A DNA stretch of 64,000 nt from Octopus sinensis (taxonomy: Eukaryota), in assembly GCF_006345805.1 (NCBI RefSeq), contig NC_042999.1:43152001-43216000 (forward strand), given 5' to 3'. The translations under genes and the position numbers were made by a program. Of the stretch, positions 12,211-25,437 are shown piece by piece; positions within the stretch are counted from its first letter, which is position 1; each line of letters opens with the position of its first letter. The notes under the pieces are model-generated. The model was not told the DNA's origin, searched no databases, and saw nothing but the letters and a program-made list of their open reading frames with translations.

Positions 12211-13480
12211 TTAGGGCAAACCACTAAACCCAGCATTCATTAATCTTGAGAAGGCCTTTGACAGAGTACTGCATGCTGCAGTTTTTTTGAGGATGGTTGG
12301 GTGGGAGGCCAAGAAAACCAAATGCAGATAAATGGCTTGTGAGAGCTATGCAAGCTATGTACAAAGATGCTGTCAGTAAGGTGAGAGTTAGGAATGAGTT
12401 CATCGTAATAATTTAGCATATAAATAACTGTCCATCAGGGCTCAGTTATCAAACCCCTCTTGTGAATTGTAGTTCTCCAGCTCATAACAGAGAATGAAAC
12501 TGATGTCTAGGACAACATTTGCATGCTGATGAGCTAGTTCTTGTAGCTAAATGTGTTAAAGAAATAATGAAGAAATGCCAGGAAGCAAAACTTAGAATCA
12601 AGAAGTCTTTTGATACCAACCATCCCATGACAGCCTTTTGGTATGATACAAACTTCAGGTTTTAAATGATCAAAATTAAAACTCATCAAAATTTCATGCT
12701 AAGTTATGTTTCAAACACCGACTAAAAAAGGACAAATTTTTCATTATTTGAAAATTAACTGAAACAAAAGCAGTATATTCCTAAAGAAATATGGTAACAA
12801 AAGGGGGGGGGGGTCAAGGATGAAGCAAACCAAGTAAAGACAACAGCTTCCATTAGAAAGAAAGAAGAGAAGTTTCTGCTGTCTTCTGGGAAGTGGCCCT
12901 GCTCAATATGCAGAAAAAGTGTAAAGGAGTGGGTAAAAATTCTGCACAGAGTAGTTAGTGCAAACTACGAGTGCATAAGAGCTGAAATAGGATCACAACC
13001 AGGAATTTGTATGTAGCAGATGCATGGGAATAGTTAGCAGGAAGAACAACTGTGAAATAAACTATTTCATATGCTCAAAAGGATCCATAGAAATGGTTGA
13101 TAGCTTCTGTTATCTAGGTGGTAATTATCAGCATGGAAAGGTGATCTGAAAGAATAGTAGTCACATTAAGCAGAAGGTGATGTAGGTTCATGGGGCTATT
13201 AACTTTCCTGACAATAAAGGGATTCTCTCTCTCCAACAGAAGAGCAAATTGTATAATGCATGTGTATCAAGTGTAATATTGCACAGTTATTGAATATGTG
13301 AGATATGCTATTGAATACAGAAAGATGCAAGTCAAATGTTCTTCTGTTGAATGTGCAATGTTAGTGTAAATGAAACATGGAACACAATGAGGATGAGAGA
13401 AAAACAGTACAAGAGGGATCAGATGTAGTGCACAAGAAAACAGTACTGGTATGGACAAGTGGAAGATGGCAGTTGGAAAG
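12211..13480 (+). pseudogene. Decayed RTE-clade LINE reverse transcriptase fragment, interrupted by a TTAA-type MITE (about 12608-12812)
   Basis: Segments translate as AFINLEKAFDRV, KWLVRAMQAMYKDAVSKVRV, VHQGSVI, HADELVLVA (YADD equivalent), GKWPCSICRK and DSFCYLG, with many stops and frameshifts. Confidence 0.85.
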
Positions 13481-13499
13481 AAAAAAAGTGCTAAGCAGC

Positions 13500-13720
13500 A
13501 ACATCTGAGAACAATTTCAGCAGTAACCAAAAACTGAACACCAAGTCCAGCAGCGCAAGCTACAGTGATTTGCCTATCTTCGGCAAGATGAGTACCAAAA
13601 GACTACCACACCAACTTTTGTGGCAGCAGCAACCCAAGCACTACAGAATCCAGTGCAGCGCACCAAAGACATAGGCAAAACAAATTGAGGAAGAGCTGAA
13701 GTACTTATGAAGTTACGGAT
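13500..13720 (+). mobile_element. Second RTE-like LINE C-terminal fragment
   Basis: Reads TEHQVQQRKLQ*FAY...MSTKRLPHQLLW...APKT*AKQIEEELK, resembling the RTE 'R.LRWFGH..RM...RLP' region. Confidence 0.5.
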
Positions 13721-14457
13721 GACATAAACAAACCGATACCAGTTTCCAAGCACTGGTCACAAACAGTCTCTTTCTGTCAAATCTAGGCTTTAGTCAGCCC
13801 AAGGCTATATAGTAGGAGATACTTGCCCAAGATGCCATGCAGTGAAACCATATAATTGGGAAGCTGCATGTGGTTGTCCATGTAGTTGGGAAGCTGCATG
13901 TAATTTCAAGCAGACATAGATAACCTCTAAATTCTCTCTACCACTCAACACAATGGAATATCAAGGAAGTGACAGTTGAGAGGGCTGTACTCATTTCTAC
14001 TGAATAGACTGGAGCCACACAAAATGAAATGTCTTGCTCAAGGACACAAACTATCTACTCCAAGAATTAAACACACAACACCCTAACCACCAGGCCACAT
14101 GTCTTCATAACACATACATGGCACTAGATTATTTACAAATAACAAAGGTTTCAGTTGACCCAATCAATGGAACAGTCTGCTCATGAAATTAATGTGGGAG
14201 TGGCCGAGCACTCTATAGACACATGTAACATTAATGTGGTTCTCAGAGAGATTCAGTAAGGCACAGAATGTGACAAAGCTGGCCCTTCGAAATACAGGTA
14301 CTACTCATTTTTGCCAGCTGAGTGAACTGGAGCAATGTGAAATAAAGTGACTTGCTCAAGGACACAATGCAATGTCTATATGAAACGCAGGACCTTACAA
14401 TCATGAAATGAATACCCTAACCAGTAAGCCAAGCACTGTCACAACATATATGCAAGT

Positions 14458-14763
14458 GGAGGCACATGGCCTAGTGGTTAGAGCAGCGGGCTCGCAGTCG
14501 AGGGATCGCCAGTTCGAATCTCAGACCGGTGATGTGTGTATTTATGAGCGAAACACCTAATCTCCATGCAGTTCTGGCAGAAGGTAATGGCAAAGTTCTG
14601 CTGACTCTTTCGCCACAACTTTCTCTCACTCTTTCCTCCTGCATCTTGCAGCTCACCAGCGACGGACCGACGTCCCATCCAGGTGGGGAACCTATACGCC
14701 AAGGAAACTGGGAAACTGGCCCTTATGAGCCAGGCATGGCTTGAGAAGGAACAAACAAACAAC
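14458..14763 (+). mobile_element. tRNA-derived SINE family D, (AAC)n tail
   Basis: A-box TGGCCTAGTGG, B-box AGTTCGAATCT. Closely similar copy at 60104-60400 and a partial copy at 57574-57718. Confidence 0.9.
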
Positions 14764-15626
14764 ATACATGCAATTACACACAGACACACACAGAGGTACC
14801 TTTATAGGTATAAATATCATTTAACGTCCATGTTTTCACGCTGGCATGGGTTGGAAGGTTTGACAAAGATCCAAAGAGTTAAAGGACTGCATCATACTCC
14901 TGTGTCTACTTTGGCATGGTTTCTGCAGGTGGATGCCCTTCCTAATGCCAACCACTTTACAGTGTGTAGTGGGTGCTTTTTTTTTCATACCACCAGCACT
15001 ACTGAGGTCACCATGTAACTAGCAAGTCAAAACACACACATACACATCCTGTGCAGCTGGTACCAGTATGGAAAATAAATATTAAATATTGATGATCACA
15101 CACATAAGAGAGAGAGAGAGAGAGAGAGAGATATACACAAAGAGAATCAAAAGAAGAAAACAGGAACATCTGCAACAAATTAAGCTTTTATCAAAATGAT
15201 AATGTGGATAAACTTGTCTAATTTTGTGGAAACCATTTTCAGAAACTATAATTTAATAAAAAAATATCTAACATAGGTAATGTTTCTGTGGCACAATTTA
15301 CTTGACCTAATCAATCCAATATAATATATATATAATTACTGACTTGAAAGAAACTAGTTTAGGAAATACATTCAAAGTAATTATCTCTTCAAACATTATT
15401 TTTCCCCCCTCCACCCCTCCCTCAACTCTCTCTTTCTCTCTCTGGCAGAAATGACTGCACAGCAGAGAAGAATTTTTGATTGCTGATTATGATTCTCAGA
15501 TTTTAGGTTCAAATTAAATTATAAGCAGTGCGTGCGCACGCGCATATGCACTACATTTCAACAGTAAACAATATTTTTTTTGCAGAATGTCAATCATGAA
15601 GGTAAAACTGTGAATACTTATGCATA

Positions 15627-16039
15627 TACTCTTACTCTTTTACTTGTTTCAGTCATTTGACTGTGGCGATGCTGTAGCACCGCCCTTTAGTCGAGCGAAT
15701 CGACCCCAGGACTTATTCTTTGTAAGCCTAGTACTTATTCTAACGGTCTCTTTTGTCGAACCGCTAAGTTACAGGCACGTAAACACACCAGCATCGGTTG
15801 CCAAGTGATGTTGGGGGATAAACACAGACACAAATATATATACACACAAACACTCACATTCATACATACATATATACGACGGGCTTCTTTTAGTTTCCAT
15901 CTACCAAATTCACTCACAAGGCTTTGGTCGGCCCGAGGCTATAGTAGAAGACACTTACCCAAGGTGCCACGCAGTAGGACTGAACCCGGGACCATGTGGT
16001 TGGTAAGCAAGCTACTTACCACACAGCCACTCTTACACC
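15627..16039 (-). mobile_element. SINE family B copy
   Basis: Reverse complement of the 7858 element along its length. Confidence 0.9.
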
Positions 16040-18289
16040 TATATTTGCGTATATGCACGTGTGTGTGTGTGTGCTATTGTTGTTTTTAGTCCATGGAATG
16101 TGACTGTTGTTGTTTGACCCCAACCAAATTTGATCAATCTTCTACTCCACAGTATTGAGGACTAGATTATACAATGCATCTTTCCTTTAAGATAAGACGG
16201 AGAGATTTGAGTGAGATCTGGCTGCTAGTTGAAAATGGGAGGGTTAGCAACAAGGAGAGCACTCCGGTCATATAAAAATCCATCTCAGCAAATTTGTCCA
16301 ACCCATGAAAGCATTGAAAAGTAGGCATTAAAATTACAACGATGATAAATTTACTGAATTAGAAAAGGGACCCACTGAACAATGCAGACCTGGGATACCC
16401 GCACACAAGAAAAAGATGAGATTATTGGCTAGATCATCTTAAAACTTAGGCCTGCTTAATCAACACAGACCTCAGGCTAAACAATATCAACAACTAATAT
16501 TTGTCAAGACAAGGGTGCTTAATGTTCCCAGTCATCTTACTAGATAAAAGCAGTAAATTAAACCCTGTTATTTAAAAAAGAGTAGGACCCAATGTATTGT
16601 AGTGCAGCCATTGATGCTGTACATTACCTGAAAAAAAATTTTTTTTTTTTAAAACAAAGAAAAGATTTGATTGATCATGGCTTGCATGCTTTTCCTTGTA
16701 TGTCTGTTTGTCTATTCAGTTAGAGATGAATTGAAGCTAAACAATCTCTCTCTAAACACATACACACACTATCTGAAGTTATATTATACTATGCATGAGA
16801 GAGAGAGACAGACAGACAGACAGAGAGAGAGAGAAACAGACAGAGAGACTAGAAACTTGAAGAAAGTAATAATGATAGAAAATAAAGTAATAATGACAGA
16901 TGAAAGGGAGAGTCAGAAGAGAAGAGGCAGAAGAGGAAAAAGGAGGTAAGAAAGGAGAGAAGAGGAAAGACAAGAGGCAGACAGACAGAAAGAGAGAAAG
17001 AACAGGAGCTGGAACAGATAGGGTGAGAGAGAGAGAGAGAAAGAGAGAGAGAGGGAGACTAAGTGACAGAAAAGATCTGAGAAAAAGAGAGAGAAACACA
17101 CAGGGTGTTTCGGTAGACAACAAACACATACGACCAATAATAGCATGGAATAAATGAATGATTGTGAAGATTTATCTTTAACAGATCATTTCAGCTAGTA
17201 AAACCAATGCCAGACTAACAAACACTTAGTGTGTTATTTCTACTGGTAAATTTTCACTCCAGTCATCAACTGTCTCATCAGCAGACTTTCTCATTGACCA
17301 TTTTCTAATTCCCAAACTCTCCAGCTCATCAAGAGACAGCTTCCTCTTCAAAGACAAACTATTCAATCAAACCAAGTTCTGAAAACGGTGGTTTGCTTCT
17401 ATTATATCTACAGTCGAAAATGATTTCTAATATCCACTTTGCCATACCGAGCAGCTTTTGTTCTTCAGAGGGGAAAGAAATTCCTCCTATCTGTTACTTT
17501 TACAACTGAAAACACTTTTGGTCTGTCTATCTATTTATCTCAGCCAATTATCATCACTATTGCTGCCTAGAAGCCTCTCTATGTTAAAAACAGATTCATT
17601 TCACCAGTTTTATTAAGTGTGTGTGTTTGTGTGCATTCTGATGCCTAAGCAGATGTGAACAGACAGAGACACCCTATCACTTTTCTTTATCTCTCTCTCT
17701 CTCACACACACACACACGCTTGACCCAGTGAAACATTGAAGATGTAGCTCTTGGAAAAAGAATAAAACTATGTCAGCACTAGGCTGATTCTCAATTTTCT
17801 GATGAGCAGAGTAGTACTGCAAAGTGAAATGAAATTATTTGCTCAAAGATACAGTGCACTGTCTGGTCAAAGAATTGAACCCACAACTTCCTGACTGTGA
17901 TTCCAACACTAAACCACTTGTCCACACACCTTCACCGAAACAAAAAAAGCCATGCTTGCAAGTGATAGCTACAACATACACACAGTCAAGCACTAAGTAA
18001 TGGATCACTCACTACACTTAAGTATCATCTTTATTATAACAAGGAGAGAGATGACAGCAAACTTCAATGTTTCACCAATTGTGACTTTATTCAGAGAGTT
18101 TGACAAAGCCATGATCTTGGAGTACTGGACAAGTTGAGAAGTGGTTAATTTATAATTCATATTCTGCCAAAACACTGCATTGTTTCAAGCCCCAGGGATC
18201 AAGAGTGACACTTAGTTTTAAGTAAATCTCATGTGCATAGTGGCACTAGAAGGTCACATCTTTGTTGCAGTGTGCTTCGATGGCCATGA

Positions 18290-18740
18290 GTCATGGCAGC
18301 ACTGTGTAAGCTACTGGTAGGCTGCTTATGCTGGATAGGCCAAAGGATAGAAACCAGAGTAATACAGATCACCTCTTCCCTGAGGTAAAAATGGGCTTGC
18401 ATAGGTCCAACACCTGGACAAAAGCAAAGTTACAGAAGCATTGATGGCAATTCAACACCAACAAGACATGGGAGAGTAAGGCTTTCCCTCGGGGAAACAT
18501 GATGCAGTACAGCATAAAAATCAACATCCTGCATTGCATGTTAGGCCCTCCTGACCTGGAACCCACAAGGAACACAGGAGTGAGGACACACTAAAAATAA
18601 CTAGAGGTGGGATACTGAAGCAGCACTGAAAAAGCAGGGATCTAACTGGAGAAGCAGAAAAGACAACCCAGAGTTGAGAACTGTGGAGAAACATTGTCAA
18701 TGACGTATGCTCCATAGGGAGCAAAGGGTTTAAATAACTA
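18290..18740 (+). mobile_element. Internally deleted RTE-like LINE remnant
   Basis: The 3' part reads LTWNPQGT...LWRNIVNDVCSIGSKGFK*, typical of the RTE C-terminus 'ALTWNPQGKR.RGRP...WR..V..LCS'. Confidence 0.6.
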
Positions 18741-18881
18741 AATGTATATAAGGGGGAAATTTATACTCTAAGCAACTATGTGTAATCATGTTTTTGATAC
18801 TAAGTTCAATCCTTCTCACAGAAAAGACATAACCAGTATGATGTTGTATCACTGTGGAATATTTACCATTCTCCTTTTTAA

Positions 18882-19085
18882 CCTTTTTGTTATAATACAT
18901 TAGTTGAAATACTCTTTTTGTTTCAATTAATTTTGGTAATAGTAAAATAACCTAGTCATAATTAAGCTGGAATTAGGAGCATAATTTAACATGAATGCCT
19001 GATGGAAGGTTTTAATTTAAATCACTTCAAAACGGGAAGTATCAGAGGATTATGGCAGGTCGCAGGCAGATGAGTATCAAAAGGG
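18882..19085. mobile_element. piggyBac-type MITE family MA
   Basis: TTAA|CCTTTTTGTTA...TATCAAAAGGG|TTAA; internal similarity to the 23880 copy. Confidence 0.75.
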
Positions 19086-19204
19086 TTAATGCCACAAGAA
19101 ATCTGATCTATTGATCCTTGTTCTCTAGAACAAACTATTTTAAGCATTACTTTTGATGAAAAATGGACTATTAGAAGCTAAAAAAAATTTTGAAATGCCC
19201 TGTA

Positions 19205-19570
19205 GGAACAGGAATGGCTGTGTGGTAAGAAGCTTCCCAACCACATGGTTCTGATCTGGGTTCAGTTCCACTGCATAGCACTTTAAGCAAGTGTCTTCTA
19301 CTACAGTCTCAAACCAACCAGAGCCTTATGAGTGCATTTGGGAGACAGAAACTGAAAGAACCCCATTGTATATGCACACACACACACACATTGGTGTTCA
19401 TGTCCCCGTAACTTAGCAGTTTGGCAAAAGACTGATAGAATAAGTCCTGGGCTTTAAAAACAAAAAAGTCCTGGGGGTCAGTTTTTTTTTTACTAAAACC
19501 TTTCCTTTCAGGACAGTACTCCAGCATGGGCTCAGTCAAATGACTGAAACAAGTAAAAAAAAAAAGAGAG
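19205..19570 (+). mobile_element. SINE family B copy (diverged)
   Basis: Head, CORE-like motif and AATGACTGAAACAAGTAAAA tail are recognisable. Confidence 0.8.
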
Positions 19571-19954
19571 TTTGAAATTACTGGCGAATATAGCTTACAA
19601 GGTATTGGTAACAGATATAAATGTAGAAGCTCGGACCTAGTGACTGCAAAGTGTTATATCATAAACACAAAGCTTTGCTAGTTGATACACCTTGTGGAGT
19701 GGTGGAGATAACATGATAAGAGGTGACAACTGGCTCACAACCAACCACATTAATTTGCTCAGAAACAAAAGGTTGCAGGGAGAGAGGCTGGAGGAGGAGG
19801 AGGAAAAGGAGAGAGAGAAGAAGAGGTAGATGTGAAAAACAAGGAGAAACAGACATCTATTCAAGATTCCCTCCAAAGCTAAAAGTACTCAAGATCAAAA
19901 GATTGGCTCTTCCAGCTTTATTTAGGTGTATGTGTGAGGAAGAGAGAGGGAGAA

Positions 19955-20001
<47 letters not shown>

Positions 20002-20649
20002 GACACACACAGAGCATGGAGGATTGAAGTCAAGTGTTTGGAGAATGGTAGTGGGGGAAGGGGAGAGACACGCACCTACCTATCAACTGGCTACTTACTC
20101 CCTGCTCTTCCCTCCACCCCACACAACTGAAAGAGGGAAAGGCAGAGAGAGAGAGAGAGACAGGGATAGAAAGGTGGGGGGGTTAGAACAGAGGATGTTG
20201 CAAAATATAAACAAGAGTTTTATTGCTCTGCTATTTGTAAATATACCATGGCTGTTATCACCTGTTTACACAAGATTTCATTCTCCATCTCCCACCCCGC
20301 CAACACTTCTTCCTCACCTTCCAACGAACTACAGTAAGTGGTTCACACATTTTATTGAATGTACACACACATACACACGTATATACATACATTAATACAT
20401 ACATACATACATACATACACACACACATACATACATACAAATAAATATGTAAGTATATAAATGCAGATGTTAATGATTCAAGCATATTAATGCATTACTG
20501 TAAGCAGATAGGCACAGACACAATTATATCTTGATTGAAAGGAAAAAGAAACTCTACGTGTGTGTGTGTGTGTGTGTGTACGATGTATGTATGTATGGAT
20601 GGATGGATGTATGTATGGATGGATAACTGGATGGATGGATGGATGTGTA

Positions 20650-20837
20650 TGTGTATATATACATATACATATATATATATACATATACATATACATATAT
20701 ATATATCATATATATACATATACATATACATATATATATACATATACATATACATATATATATACATATACATATACATATATATATACATATACATATA
20801 TATATACATATACATATATATATACATATACATATAT

Positions 20838-20879
<42 letters not shown>

Positions 20880-21312
20880 ACATATACATATATATACATA
20901 CATATACATATACATATATATATACATATATATATACATATACATATATATACATATACATATATATATACATATATACATATACATATATATATACATA
21001 TATATATATGTATATATACATATATATATACATATATATATACATATATATATACATATATATATATACATATATATACATATATAATACATATATATAT
21101 ATACATATATATATATACATATATATACATATATATATACATATATATATATACATATATATATACATATATATATATACATATATGTATACATATATAC
21201 ATATATATATACATATATATATACATATATATACATATATATATACATATATATATACATATATACATATATATATATACACATATATATACATATATAC
21301 ATATATATATAT

Positions 21313-21350
<38 letters not shown>
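20650..21350. repeat. About 700-bp compound (TA)n/(TACA)n/(TATACA)n microsatellite
   Basis: Nearly uninterrupted purine-pyrimidine alternation. It is the source of the long I/Y ORFs. Confidence 0.95.
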
Positions 21351-21351
<1 letters not shown>

Positions 21352-22169
21352 CACACACACAAACACACGGATGTGAATTTGTCTGTGTGTATGTTCCCAG
21401 ATGAATGCAAGTATATAATATATATATATATATAAGCAAGACTTGCTTATACACTATATAATGTGCACAGAAAACACACATATATACTCTCTCTCTCTCT
21501 CTCTTTCTCTCTCTTTCTGATGATAGAAACCCATAACACCATCAAAAGCCATTTATTACTAAATTGCTGTTAACATCTCACTAATATCTAGCACTTGGAG
21601 TTGCTACTTGAGAGATACATTAAATAAACACCCGTACAACCCTAAACACTCACTTCGCTCTTGTATGAGAAAGGGAGGAGGTGTAAAATTGACAAAGGGA
21701 GGGGTGGAAAAGAGAGAGAGAGAAAGAAAGAGGGAGAAGGGAGAAAAGCTTTTAAGGTCCAAGTCTATACCAGGAAACAAGGTCCTTATCTCTTCAAGAA
21801 TCATCCCTTCGCCCCTTTATTTCCAATTCTAAACATTTAAAATACAATGTATACACCTTTGCTGAACTCCAGTTTGAAAAAAAATAAACAAATAAGAAGA
21901 ATGACAATTAATAATGAATTTAAAAGAGTGTTTATCAACCCCTGACAGCTGTAGGTTATATATGCATACATATAAACAGCAGGTAACATTATCTTAGACA
22001 GCAGTGAAATACACATGTGCACACAGTTTGCAATGTAATTTATACCTTTTTAATAAGCATACAATTTAATATGCATTCAAACAATCAATTAAATATATAT
22101 TAATTAATGCAATATATTAACACAGTTTTATATATATGTGTGTGGTATATATATATATATTATATGTGT

Positions 22170-22470
22170 GGAGGCGCAATGGCCCAGTGGTTAGGGCAGC
22201 AAACTCACGGTCGTAGGATTGTGGTTTCGATTCCCAGACCAGGCGTTGTGAGTGTTTATTGAGTGAAAACACCTAAAGCTCCACGAGGCTCCGGCAGGGA
22301 GTGGTGGCGATCCCTGCTGTACTCTTTCGCCACAACTTTCTCTCATTTTTTCTTCTGTTGGCCTGCTCGCTTAGCCAACGGGGTGGCGTCATTTGAAGGC
22401 TAAAACAATGCTAAGCGCATTGTGACCAGCGATGTGTAGCAACATCTGATAGCCTGGTCGGTCACAGTGA

Positions 22471-22473
<3 letters not shown>
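22170..22473 (+). mobile_element. tRNA-derived SINE family E (family-D-like head, different tail)
   Basis: GGAGGCGCAATGGCCCAGTGGTTAG...GGTTTCGATTCC head. The tail TTGGCCTGCTCGCTTAGCC... recurs at 51341-51450. Confidence 0.85.
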
Positions 22474-22507
<34 letters not shown>

Positions 22508-22523
<16 letters not shown>

Positions 22524-22930
22524 AATTGTGTACAGTGCTCAGGTGCACTACAACTCATCTAAAGTGTATATATAATCAGGTGTAGTTTCGGCGGATTTCG
22601 GAAAGCATGAGGGCCTTAAAGGATGCAGTGTCATGGCAGTCAACAACTGACGCAGGCAGTTTATTCCATGCTTCAGCAACTCTGAGCGTGAAAAAATGTT
22701 TCCGAAAGTCATGGGAGCTGTGTTGTTTTCTGACTTTGTAGGCATGTCCACGTGTGTTAGACACATGGAGATCAAAAAGGTGTTCAGTGTTGTTGTTGGT
22801 GAGGTGGTTGAGAACTTTGTGGGTGTTTACCAAGTCCGTCACCAGAAGCCGGAGCTTCAGTGAATCCATGCCCAGGGAAACAAGGCGCTCAGAATATGGT
22901 AGGTGTCTGATGGAGGGTATGCGTTTGGTT

Positions 22931-22933
<3 letters not shown>
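22508..22933 (-). mobile_element. 5'-truncated CR1-clade LINE (ORF2 C-terminus, 3' UTR and (TTA)n tail)
   Basis: Open frame KRIPSIRHLPYSERL...TRGHAYKVRK...RKHFFTLRVAEAWNKLPASVV...SFK is the canonical CR1 C-terminal signature. Confidence 0.9.
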
Positions 22934-22972
<39 letters not shown>

Positions 22973-23879
22973 ACAAGTGTGGCTGATTTTCAAACCACAT
23001 GGTTTCAAGTTCAGTCCCACTGCATGGTACTTCTACTAAAGCTTTGGGCCGACCTAAACCTTGTGAGGGGATTTGGAAGACAGAAATTAAAAGCCAGTCA
23101 TGTGTGTATGTGTCTTTGTGTTTATGTTTGTGCCCTACCATCCCTTGACAACCAGTGTTGGTGTGTTTATGTCCCCATAACTTGGCAGTTCAGCACAAGA
23201 GTGCCAGTAGAATAAGTACCAGGCTTAACAAAAAACAAAAAAACTAATAAAAAATGGCGTCAATTAATTCAACTAAAAGCACTTCAAGGAAGTGCCCCAG
23301 CATGGACATAGTCCAATGACTGAAACAAGTGAAATAAAAGATAAATATATAAAGTTCACTTTGCAACTAAAAGTTTCCAGGTTCAGTTCCACTGTATGGC
23401 ACCTTCACCAAGTGTCTTCAAATATAGAACCAACCAAAGACTTGTGAATGAATTTCATAAAAGGAAACTACAAAGTCAGCCACATGTGCATGTATATACA
23501 CATTTAACTGAGTCACATTTTGTTTAATGCTATCTTGTATATGGCACAGAGGGTCACTCCACAAACCTCCTTTATTGTTTATAGAGACATCATGCTGCCC
23601 AGTTTAATGGTACATCTTGATCCATGGATACTTTAAACAGAGTCTGCTCAATTGTAAACATCTGAACCAAGCTCCCAGTCAGAGTTAACCATGACTCCAC
23701 AGTATGCCAACATCCTCTACTCTTCCTAAGATGACGAAATATAAAACCAAACATGTTGAAGAATTCTCCCTCCTTTTCTCTAATGTCTAAGGATTATGAT
23801 CTAACTAAGAACCCACACATCACCTCTTTACTAACACACAAACCACACATTCCTTTCCTCTCTTTGACATATCTCTTAA

Positions 23880-24100
23880 CCCTTTTGTTACTGTATTTAT
23901 TTTGAGATGCTCTGTGTTTCTTTCAATTATTTTAAATATAACAAAGAATTTACTAAAATAGCATCGTTACCATTGAGCTAGTTTTAGGAACATAAATTGC
24001 GACAAAGGTTTGGTGAAAGATTTTAATTCAAAACTTATGAAAACAAGACATTTCTAGTACAGAGCCAGAGCCGGTTTTGGGCGGGTTGGTAACGAAAGGG
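23880..24100. mobile_element. piggyBac-type MITE family MA
   Basis: TTAA at 23876-79 and 24101-04. TIRs CCCTTTTGTTAC / GTAACGAAAGGG (11/12). Further copies at 46285-46493 (inverted), about 24695-24914 and 43472-43930. Confidence 0.9.
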
Positions 24101-25214
24101 TTAATCCTTATCTATAAGCCCATCTCCAGGCTGCACTCTTCACTTAAACTTTAATCTGAAAGATTATGTTTGAGTATATATAGATTCTACTTTGCCTGTC
24201 ACTCACCTAAGTTGGATGTCAACAACAAAGACTTCCTTTTGTGTTTTTTAGCTGAAAAGTCCTTTTCCTCCACTCCTTCAAAAACCTCTGCTTCCTCTAT
24301 CCTTCAAACTACTCCAAATACCAACATTTTGACCATGTCTTTTCCTGTGCTTCATTAAAGACAGCCATTTCAGAACATCCTACCCTAAAATCATCATCCT
24401 TAACTCATGCTGAAATTTTTAACCAGTTTCATAATCTACTCACATCCCTAACTAATCCTAATTTCTTTCTCTAACCTTCACACAAAACATCAGCAAACTA
24501 TCATCATCTTTGTACCTCTTGGATTGTTCAGCTATGACCTTATCACAGCTACCCACATTATAAAACACTGATGCACCAATAGCCGTTCAAGTCAGATGAT
24601 AGGTCAGAACTGTGCCAGTTCTAAACTATTTTAGGCTCTTCACATTTGATCCATCAAAAACATCTAAGTAGATGATTGAAACTATTTTTGTAGACCTTTT
24701 CATACCAACCTGCCTGAGACCACCTCTAGGTCTACGATACAAACTTCATGTTTCATGTGATGTAAATTAAAACCTTCCATCAACACACCATGTCAATTTA
24801 TGTTCCAAACATGAGTACTATAATGACAAAGTTAGTTTACTAAATTCTTCAATAGTTTCAAAATTAAATGAGACAAAGGGAGCGTATTTCAATAAAAATA
24901 TGGTAACACAGGGGTTAAACATACCCTTCAACATCACAAACACAACCAAAATTCACAGCTCCAAATCTACCAAGGTGTTTACTCACAGTGGAACAACAAC
25001 ATTTCGGCTACTATAACAAGAGAAAATCATTCACAACTACAAACAAGAGAGCTCATGTATAATGCCAGATCTCTTCTGAAACTTACAATTCACAGTCCCA
25101 TGTGTTTTTCTTTTTATGCAATGGTAGAGTTTTTGATTAAAAGAACATCTGGCTTCTATTTCTTGCAGGTAAAAGATCAAGTAATGGTGCACCTTATGTT
25201 TGCTCATGGCATAA

Positions 25215-25437
25215 CCCTTTAGCATTTAGATTATTCTGTCAAATGTAATGCTTATTTATTCATATTGACTTTAATAAAGCGAGAATTGCCTTGCAGTTTT
25301 GAGATTTTGATGATGCAATTTTTTTTAATTTTACAATGACATTGTAGAGTAGGTGTGAAAGGCTGGCTCTGATCAGTTTGAACATAAAACATGCAGAGTA
25401 TCTGGATTTGATTTGGCCAGTTTAAATGCTAAAAGGG
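25215..25437. mobile_element. piggyBac-type MITE family MB
   Basis: CCCTTTAGCATT...AATGCTAAAAGGG|TTAA. Other copies at 38790-39002, 45597-46552, 46862-47306 and about 52015-52237. Confidence 0.85.

Noticed and set aside
14458-14530. tRNA gene candidates at SINE heads (also 22170, 57574, 60104)
   Set aside because: A and B boxes are present but there is no complete cloverleaf or terminator; each continues into a SINE body.
16621-16640. Minus-strand TTTTTTTTCAG|GTAATG recursive-splice-like site
   Set aside because: The donor half is imperfect and appears to lie in a decayed repeat; expected by chance in AT-rich DNA.
17799-17830. Hammerhead-like CTGATGA-GCAG..CTGC-AAAG
   Set aside because: Lacks the invariant GAAA after stem II and stems I/III; it lies in a decayed SINE.
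20495-21481. Six long I/Y/M/C-rich ORFs up to 328 aa
   Set aside because: Translation of a (TA)/(TACA) microsatellite.
24300-24690. Possible decayed L2/CR1-like RT (SLKTAI..HPTLK, SK*MIET)
   Set aside because: Motifs are too degenerate to support a call.
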